From the human T2T-CHM13v2.0 reference genome, Homo sapiens: a stretch of 64,000 nt of DNA. Positions within the stretch are counted from its first letter, which is position 1; each line of letters opens with the position of its first letter. The stretch spans positions 37,600,001 through 37,664,000 of the forward strand of contig CP068257.2 in the NCBI GenBank assembly GCA_009914755.4, in the 5' to 3' direction. Both the position numbers and the translations under genes were made by a program. The notes below the pieces were generated by a model. That model saw nothing but the letters and a program-made list of their open reading frames with translations. It was not told where the DNA came from and searched no databases. Below are positions 53,539 through 64,000 of this stretch, piece by piece.

Positions 53539-53856
53539 CTAGAAAGATACAACCACTTAAACACAACGCATGAGCCTGAACTGGATTCTGGTCTACGGAG
53601 CAAAATATATCTAAAAAGATGTTACTATAGACCTGACTAGATAATGCTATCTTATAAATGTTAAATTTGCTGATTAGTAACTATAATTATGATTATGTGG
53701 AGAAATTCTAAAAAGATACAGTAGGATCCTCATTTGGTTCTAGAATATACATATGCAAAAAAAAAAATTTTTTTTTTTTAAGAATACACCTGTACATAAA
53801 GAAAAAAGGCCGGGAAAACCTAATGATGTTTGATCTCTATTTCAACCATCTTGGGA

Positions 53857-53980
53857 TTTTTTTTTTTAAGAGAGTGTCTCACTACATTGCCCAGGCTGGA
53901 CTTGAATTCCTGGGCTCAAGCAATCCTCCTGTCTCAGCCTCCCAAAGTGTTAGGAGTTCAGAGCCACCACACCCAGCCCA
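53857..53980 (-). mobile_element. Alu left-monomer fragment.
   Basis: Poly-T AAGAGAGTGTCTCACTACATTGCCCAGGCTGGACTTGAATTCCTGGGCTCAAGC... Confidence 0.8.
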
Positions 53981-54381
53981 AGGTTACTGAAATTGGAGTA
54001 ATCAAATATTGTAATATTTGGTTAATATTGAATATTAATAATGTCATTTTATTTTATTACTATTTTTATATTTCTATTTATCAAATATTTCAATTTGTTA
54101 TAGAATATTTCAATAAATTCAAGTAGTGAAAAAGTTTTTACAATTGCCATACTTTTACCAGTTTAAACACACAGGCACATAAAATGCTCAACAGGTAACT
54201 TAAAAATGTCTCCCTCATATAAATCAGTCATACAGAGAATTTCATGTATGTACGTATATACATGTAGCTGTCTAATATTTAGCAGGCTTTGAATATGCTG
54301 ATTTGTAAAAACAAACTGCCAAAACAAGCAGATCAATTTCTGGCTAAGCCGCATAACCCAAATACTCTAAACAAATTATCA

Positions 54382-54555
<174 letters not shown>

Positions 54556-54798
54556 TTAACAAAGTCATAACATTAAGGAGGGTTTACAAGTTACAAATTG
54601 AAAATTTAAAAATACATACTGTTACAGCATATACTTTTAGAAATGTATTCGACAATAATTTATAATTATAAAAATTTCTAATCATTTCATAGTTTACATG
54701 AGAGAAACAACTTGTTCAATATATTATTTTTATAGCTTCAAAATTACAATCATATTTCAAAAAATCTCATTTGTTACATTGTACCAGAAATTACCTAC

Positions 54799-54949
54799 CA
54801 TTAAGTTATGAAGCAGTTGTCCAGTGTAAGAATTCCACACTTTGAGGACATGATCATTCACAGCTGTGACAACAATGCTATCATTTTGATTCCAAGCTAT
54901 CATTGTTACTTTAGGTTTCATAAACCTTTCCTCTTCGGAAGATAAGTCC
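54799..54949 (-). CDS. BRWD1: BRWD1 coding exon (WD40): (G)[50 protein letters not shown].
   Basis: ORF-track peptide 54757..54966. Acceptor tatttttttgttAG|G at 54950-54951, donor ATG|GTAGGT at 54797-54798. Confidence 0.92.
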
Positions 54950-55528
54950 CTAACAAAAAAATACACAACATGTAAGCTTATTTAGATGGCTGGCTATACA
55001 ATGTATACAATCTCTCATCAATACAAAAATAAAGAAATCCAACCCATGTGCCTATCTTATCAACCCTACAGTGAGTTCATCACAGCTGACCCAGAACAGA
55101 CTGTCTAGAAACAGGTGAGGGCAAAACCTGAAGAAGGGAGGGATAATTTAGAAACAGTACAGAGACTGAATAAGGGCAGATTTTAGGACACCATTACTGC
55201 TTATGAAAGCAATGCTTTTTCTCCCTACTTCTTTCCTATTATTTCCTTCTTCTGAATACAAACCTATTGCTAACACTTACTTTCAACTGTTTCTCTCCAT
55301 AGAAGACAAAAAAATTTTAGGAACACAAAAATAAGGTAATTCATATTCATATCCCCAATGTTTAGAAAAATAACTGACACACAGATGTTCAATCTGAACT
55401 GTAAATGGGACTATTCTCATCTCTTCATACAACTTTCCTACAGTCTACTCCTACAGGCCCCTTGGCAAGAACGGTCTTGGATACACATGCCTAGAATGTT
55501 TTTCATCCTTTATAAAAGTGTTATGGAG

Positions 55529-55821
<293 letters not shown>

Positions 55822-55923
55822 GTGATATGCAAAGGGTCTCTGCATTACAGTAGTCAACAGTGGGGTAGGGAAGGCCTAATGGTTCTGAAATAATAGAATA
55901 CGTTTTAAGAAATTACAAGCATC

Positions 55924-56236
55924 GGCCGGGCACGGTGGCTCATGCCTGTAATCCCAGCATTTTGAGAGGCCGAGGCAGGCGGATAACGAGGTCAGGAGAT
56001 TGAGACCATCCTGGCTAACACGGTGAAACCTCGTCTCTACTAAAAATACAAAAAAAAGCAAAATTAGCCAGGCGTGGTGGTGGGCACCTGTAGTCCCTAC
56101 TACTCGGGAGGCTGAGGTGGGAGGATAGCATGAACCCAGGAGGCGGAACTTACAGTGAGCCAAGATCGCACCACTGCACTCCAGCCTGGGCAACAGAGCA
56201 AGACTCCGTCTCAAAAAAAAAAAAAAAAAAAAAAAA
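55924..56236 (+). mobile_element. Alu.
   Basis: GGCCGGGCACGGTGGCTCATGCCTGTAATCCC...poly(A). Confidence 0.9.
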
Positions 56237-56272
56237 GATATTACAAGCATCTAACATGTTTTAATTAACAAA

Positions 56273-56560
<288 letters not shown>

Positions 56561-56671
56561 TTATAAAACAGCTATCTATGTAATTACAAAAAAAAAACAC
56601 ACAGAAGAGAGAATAATTCTAACTAGATTGATTGGTGTTGAGGGTAGAATAATAGTAAGAAGTAAAATGGA

Positions 56672-57098
<427 letters not shown>

Positions 57099-57127
57099 CT
57101 AAAAGGCTTTTGAAGTAATAACATTGC

Positions 57128-57430
57128 TTTTTTTTTTTTTTTTTGAGGTGGAGTCTAGCTCTGTCGCCCAGGCTGGGGTGTAGTGGCTCCATCTAGGCTC
57201 ACTGAAACCTCTATCTCCTGGGTTCAACTGATTCTCCTGCTTTAGCCTCCCGAGTAGCTGGGATTACAGGCGCATGCCACCATATCCGGCTAATTTTTCT
57301 ATTTTTTTTTAGTAGAGGCAGGGTTTCACCATGTTGGCCAGGCTAGTCTCGATATCCTGACCTCAGGTGATCCACCTGCCTTGGCCTCCCAAAGTGCTGG
57401 GAATACAGGCATGAGCCACTATGCCCAGCC
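57128..57430 (-). mobile_element. Alu.
   Basis: Poly-T GAGGTGGAGTCTAGCTCTGTCGCCCAGGCTGGGGTGTAGTGG...CATGAGCCACTATGCCCAGCC. Confidence 0.9.
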
Positions 57431-58016
57431 ACAAATTAATAACTTTGAATTTACTAACAGATATGTTCCATTTCATCAAGTTGATTCGCCAATATTAGAA
57501 CACTAAAATAAACAGATCAATCAATTCTTACATACAGAAGACTCTGTTTTTCAAGATTTGAAAGCAAGAAAACTTAAAATGAGAAGATATTTTCTCATGA
57601 AGAAAATTATAGGAAAAGTCCCCTTCATGGATCGAGTGCGTCAGCAAGAAAACTAAACAGTTTTCAGTCTCATTTAAAAATTTTCATTCAAGTTTTGACA
57701 GTTTCTATTTTCCTTAATAAAACAATAATAGGTGAAACTGACTTTAAATTATCTTCACCCCCATTCCCTTTATTTCAACTAATCAAGGATTGACAGTATT
57801 CACTTTCATACTGAGATGTAACATTTTTATATATAATAAAGATTTTTTAATTTGTTTATGAGCAAGGGTTATCAAATTTCCAGTATATATACTTTTCATT
57901 CTCTATCACAGATAATTCCACAAAAAAACAAGATCAAATTTATTTTGAAAATGCAATACAATTCTTTGAGCTACAGCAGAGAATATAAGTCAATTTCTGT
58001 TGTTAAAAACAAAGCA

Positions 58017-58270
58017 TTTGGGAGGCAGAGGCAAGAGGATCACTTGAGCCCAAGAGTTCAAGATGAGCCTGAACAAAAGTCTTTACAAAAAATAAACATA
58101 AAAATTAGCCAGGCATGGTGGCTCATGCTCATAGTCCCAGCTACTTGGAAGGCTGAGATGGGGGGACAGGCTGAGATGGGGGGACTGCCTGAGGCCGGAA
58201 TGTCAAGGCTGAAGTGAGTCACGATCATACCACTGGCGCTCCAGCCTGGGCGATGGAGTGAGACCCTAAA
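58017..58270 (+). mobile_element. Alu, 5'-truncated and diverged, with a small internal duplication GGCTGAGATGGGGGGAC x2.
   Basis: TTTGGGAGGCAGAGGCAAGAGGATCACTTGAGCCCAAGAGTTCAAGA...CTCCAGCCTGGGCGATGGAGTGAGACCC. Confidence 0.8.
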
Positions 58271-58814
58271 CCATTTTTTTTAAATAAAAATAAAGCAGAC
58301 ATGATTTCCAGAAGACAAAATGTGGAAACATTTCTCAGAAAAACTGATATGAAAAAGTGCAAAGTTAAAATCAGGAAACAAACTCTAAAGTAAAATCTAT
58401 GACTTTTATTTTTAGAGAGTCTCGCTCTGTCACCCAGGCTGGAGCTCAATTTTCTTTTTTAACCTTAATAATAAAGTATGTTTGCTTACCCTATTTCCCA
58501 GCCTTGGCTCTAAGCTACTTTTAAATTTTTTCAAAAATCCTATCCACAGAAAAGTATAATTTCCACTCTTAACGTACTTGAGTTAATTTTATCTTTTTTA
58601 CTTGTAGAAGCTTTTAAATGCAACATCTAAGAAGGAGGTCAATGCTTTGAACCATAGAAAAAGTACATGTTATTCTTTGCTACACAACGTAAGGATAAAT
58701 TTACCTGGATGTCTCTGTTCACCTGATATGCAGTACGCAGCTATTCACTTATACCACAGCTCTTCGTAATAGAAGGTAGCTATAATCCCCTCAACAAAAT
58801 AACCACTGAGAGAC

Positions 58815-58846
58815 ACAGAGAGCGAGAGAGAGAGAGAGAGAGACAG
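58815..58846. repeat. (GA)n microsatellite.
   Basis: AGAGAGCGAGAGAGAGAGAGAGAGAGAGACA. Confidence 0.9.
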
Positions 58847-58889
58847 ATCGAACACCTATGATGCACCTACTTCTAACAATCTCAACTTA

Positions 58890-59012
<123 letters not shown>

Positions 59013-59273
59013 TTACTATATTCACACACTTTCCAACAAGGGCTACAATTAAAATCACATGCAAAAAAAGAATGTAATGAAGCTGTCCTAACAACAGGAC
59101 AATCCACAGGTGTTAATTCAAAAGACAAGGTATTTAGAGCGTATCTGGATGGGAAAAAAAATTTGGTTTGCTATGATTTGCCCGGCCCTATGAAATAAAA
59201 CACACCTCAAACTCAATCAATAGCTTTTCAAACAGATTAAGTTTTGAAAATACAATGTATAAGAATGCTGAGA

Positions 59274-59572
59274 AGAGGCAACCTGCAGTGGCTCATGTCT
59301 GTAATCCCAGCACTTTGGGAGGCCAAGGTGGGTGGATCACAAGGTCAGGAGTTCGAGATCAGTCTGACCAACATGGTGAAACCCCGTCTCTACTAAAAAT
59401 ACAAAAATTAGCCAGGCGTGGTGGCACATGCCTGTAATCGCAGCTACTCAGGAGGCTAAGACAGGAGAATCGCTTGAACCCAGGAGGGGGAGGTTGCAGT
59501 GCAGTGAGCCGAGGCTGCACCACTGCACTCCAGCCTAGGCAACAGAGCTAGACTCCGTCTCAAAAAAAAATA
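59274..59572 (+). mobile_element. Alu.
   Basis: GCAACCTGCAGTGGCTCATGTCTGTAATCCCAGCACTTTGGGAGGCCAAGG... Confidence 0.88.
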
Positions 59573-60267
59573 ATTAAATAAGAATGCCAAGAAGAAAAAA
59601 AAAACAGAAAAAAGTTTTGAAGTATAGGAAAATAAGAGCAATAGCTCCATTTTAAACATCTTACTTGTTAATTCAAATTAATTCATGTTGGACACTGTGT
59701 AAAAATAAATCAATCTATTAACAAATTAAGTTCTCAACAATTAGTTTAGCAAAGGGACCTGACACACAATGGAGGCAAAGAAGGAGTATATGATTTAAGT
59801 AATAATTTCTTTGCAGGATATATCACGGTGGTTTCTTAGAAAAGTTTTTTTTAACTACCCAAACAAGAAATTTAATGATCCTTACACATAATTTTTTCAG
59901 TAAATCAGACATCTAGCCAAAGAAAAACTACTTTTGGTCGCTAGAAGCTGGCAGAAACTACAATTCTAAAAACTTACATTTCATGTGTTCTTCCCCCAAC
60001 CCCTGCCCTAGACACTTTTCATTCAATTAATACATTTACTAATAAATACCTGCAATATACAAAGTGACAGTTAATTATATATTATTTCAAAATTTCTGAG
60101 TAGATTTCAGATGTTCTGACTACAGAAAAATGCTCAGTATGTGAAGTGGCAGAGATGTTTATTGGCTTGATTTAATCATCCCACAATGTAAATATATATT
60201 AAAACACCACAGTGTACTTACTCCATAAACATAGACAATTATTAGTCAACTAAAAATAAAAAATAAT

Positions 60268-60620
<353 letters not shown>

Positions 60621-60655
60621 CTATACTAACATGTAGCACATTATATTTGCCTAAT

Positions 60656-60688
60656 AACACACACACACACATACAAAACACACACTTA
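60656..60688. repeat. (CA)n on the plus strand, which is (UG)n in BRWD1 pre-mRNA. It starts 5 nt into the intron after the microexon donor.
   Basis: ACACACACACACATACAAAACACACACTTAC. On the minus strand this reads GTAAGTGTGTGTTTTGTATGTGTGTGTGTGT. Confidence 0.9.
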
Positions 60689-60689
60689 C

Positions 60690-60730
60690 CGATCACCATT
60701 GTTACAAAATTGGATACTATCTACTTTATC
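60690..60730 (-). CDS. BRWD1: BRWD1 coding microexon (41 nt): DKVDSIQFCNNGD(R).
   Basis: Acceptor ccttttcccccctttAG|GAT at 60731-60732 (strong polypyrimidine tract), donor GAT CG|GTAAGT at 60688-60689. Phase bridges the flanking exons exactly. Confidence 0.88.
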
Positions 60731-61674
60731 CTAAAGGGGGGAAAAGGACAAATACAAAAATGATCATCTACATGGTCTGTGAATTTGAAAAAATGAAGTT
60801 TTAATGCTAGAAGCCTATTTGCTTTAACAAGCAAAATTTGCACTTGTGTTGCTTAGCCCTGTCATTCAACATGTTTTATAATTTTAAGTGAAGACTAACT
60901 ACAAACCTAAGACTACTAAAATACAGCTTTCATTTCAAAGAAAGGCACATCTAACAGGAAAAAAAGCCTTGCTTCTAAACTTAAAGCAGTATTTATAATT
61001 ACATCTGTTTAAGATGACTTATATGGAAGTGAAATGTGTGGAAAGTGCTCAAAATATAGGCTTTAAAGTAGCTAAAAATAAGGCATTTTCAATTGTTGTT
61101 TTAAGTTATTTAAATCTGTATCTATCAAATAACCTCTGGATGTGGACTGCCTTCCCAAAAGCTTCAAATAAAAGAAAAGATGGCCTAACCCTGACCAGTA
61201 CTTCAGAACACTGACAGTTTTCTATCTTACTATGCATTATTAAAATCACATTCTTATTTCATGGGCTTGGTTAGATAAACAGGCTCACTTAAAGTTAACC
61301 CACCCAGATCAACTGTCATAATCAAGATTTTGAACATAAAGCTAAAATAACCACTGTAAAATATTAGGCCTCTCAAGTGCTAATCTGAGTTGCCAGTGAC
61401 ATACCTCCCCTTTAAATATAATTGCTTGTATGCTTAAATTAAAATTAGAATAGAATTAACAAAAACTATATTGTACCTAGACATTTTCATTTTTATAAAT
61501 ATACAAACATCTCTAACAATATTTTAACTGTCAAATAGAATTCAGCAAAAATTTAAGATAACATTCACAAGCAATGACTTATCTCAGAAATGCAACTATG
61601 ATTTAATATTTTAAAACTTAATACCATCAAAAAGTTATAAATGACAGTTCATTTGTTCAACAGAAAAAAAATTA

Positions 61675-61902
<228 letters not shown>

Positions 61903-62091
61903 TTATAACAAATACCTGAACAAATCAAATTTCCATATTAAAATATAAAAAAGAAAGATCATTTACCCTAAAACTAAGTTTATCTCAACAGTTACATTTT
62001 CTGACTCACTATATAGAGGTTATAAAGCTGAACTTGTAGCTTTAAAAAACAAAATTAATTCAATCTGGAAACATTCACAATCTCCTCCTGT

Positions 62092-62666
<575 letters not shown>

Positions 62667-63259
62667 TCCCCATCTGTATTATTAAGGGTGGCAATATAAT
62701 GCCAATTAAGCACCAGCGCTCTAAAAATATTTTTAAGAAAAGAAGTTCTGCTTTCTAAACAATTCTACATACCTAACCCTAGCTTGTTCAAGTTTTCAGA
62801 TTTTATGAGGGAAAAGTCTTTGACCTATCCGAAAAAAGAGAAAGGTTACCACACAAGTTCACTGTACAAAAACTGAAAAAGAATAATTTCATCAAGATAT
62901 TATGTGTGGGAAATAAATTTAAACTATCAAACATACACAGTTTAGCCTATTCAAAGAAAATCACAAATTTAGATTATCATACACATAGTACTGGCATAGG
63001 AATCACTTGTGTGGACACCTCAAGCCTCCCTTTTACCAGCCATCTCTTATATCACTGATTACTACCAGAAATCAGAGAAAGGCAGACTGGAGGACTGGAA
63101 GAACAAGGCTAACAAAATAAACATCATAAATTGAACCTAATGAAATAAACACCAGAAGTCATTTACCATGTAGCTAATAAAAGTTCTTAGCAACCAAGTG
63201 GTCATTTAATAAATGTTTAAAAAAAAAAAACTAAGAAAAAAATGTGAAGAAGTTCTTAC

Positions 63260-63330
63260 CAACACTAAAAGAAGAACAAAGCATTTGAACGCCTGGCCTA
63301 GGCTTTTCAGTGAACTTCAGGGGACGTGGG
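63260..63330 (-). CDS. BRWD1: BRWD1 coding exon (WD40): (S)[23 protein letters not shown](G).
   Basis: Acceptor cttcttcttttaaAG|C at 63331-63332 with an in-frame TAA just upstream, donor GTT G|GTAAGA at 63258-63259. Phase matches the next exon. Confidence 0.85.
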
Positions 63331-63428
63331 CTTTAAAAGAAGAAGATGCTGCTTTAAAATAGATTATTTTACCACATTAACACAGCTTAAAATATTAGTT
63401 TTAATCTAGCATATTTAAATATTATAAT

Positions 63429-63547
63429 TTTTTAAGAGACAGGGTCTCGCCATGTTGCCCACACTAGACACAAACTCTTGGGCTCAAGGGACCCTCCAGC
63501 CTCAGCCTCCCTAGTGGCTGGGGACCACAGGCACACAACACCCAGCT
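63429..63547 (-). mobile_element. Alu left-monomer fragment (FLAM-like).
   Basis: TTTTTTAAGAGACAGGGTCTCGCCATGTTGCCCACACTAGAC...GCCTCAGCCTCCCTAGTGGCTGGGGACCACAGG. Confidence 0.78.
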
Positions 63548-63851
63548 ATAATCTTATTTCTATAATACCTTATTGTATATCAAATATTTCCACAGATTTC
63601 CATGTATTTTTACAAAATATAAAAAGATCAAATTAATCATATTTCCTTTAACCCAATACACCCAAAATATCAACATGTAATCCAAATCAATAAAATTATA
63701 AGATACTTTCATATTAAGTCTTTGAAATTTTCCAGTGTGTATTTGAGACTCAAAATACATCTCAATTTGACAACTCAATTTTTAACAAAAATATTTTATC
63801 TATATTTGGATTTCCCAAAACTCATTGAAAATTTCACATACTCGTTATTCA

Positions 63852-64000
<149 letters not shown>

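Overview
This window is primate (human-type) nuclear DNA with large introns and about 50 Alu copies. It is not a prokaryotic locus, so the CDS/operon/CRISPR logic and the alternative start codons in the ORF track do not apply. Most ORFs in the track are translations of Alu or L1 sequence.

The main content is the middle of the BRWD1 gene (bromodomain and WD-repeat domain containing 1; human chr21q22.2) on the minus strand. I reconstructed 22 consecutive coding exons by hand, each with AG/GT boundaries and a mutually consistent codon phase. They run from WD40-repeat exons at the right edge (...[23 protein letters not shown] / [20 protein letters not shown]...) through the Ser/Glu-rich and basic (NLS-like) middle to the first bromodomain at the left edge (...[40 protein letters not shown]). 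More exons lie beyond both ends of the window.

One intron carries, in the same orientation as BRWD1, an old intronless copy of METTL21A (a protein-lysine methyltransferase). It has an open reading frame of about 200 codons with a recognisable SAM-binding motif, but its initiator ATG is mutated to TTG and it has a premature stop, so it is a processed pseudogene.

The rest is interspersed repeats and local oddities:
- Alu copies, about two-thirds of them antisense to BRWD1, several with perfect target-site duplications.
- Several old L1 3' ends, one with a 5' inversion.
- A Tigger1 DNA-transposon fragment and several microsatellites.
- A 60-bp L1 tail inserted into an Alu with a 12-bp target-site duplication.
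- An inverted Alu pair with no spacer, 630 bp from an exon.
- A perfect 57-bp tandem duplication.
- A 41-nt microexon followed immediately by a (UG)n tract.
- A rearranged Alu carrying a 65-bp segment that recurs 1.4 kb away.

I see no novel gene system in the prokaryotic sense. The interesting material is structural, in repeats, splicing context and the retrocopy. Coordinates of repeats are approximate (about +/-10 bp). Exon boundaries were derived base by base from the sequence, but the gene identity rests on recalled protein sequence, not a database search.
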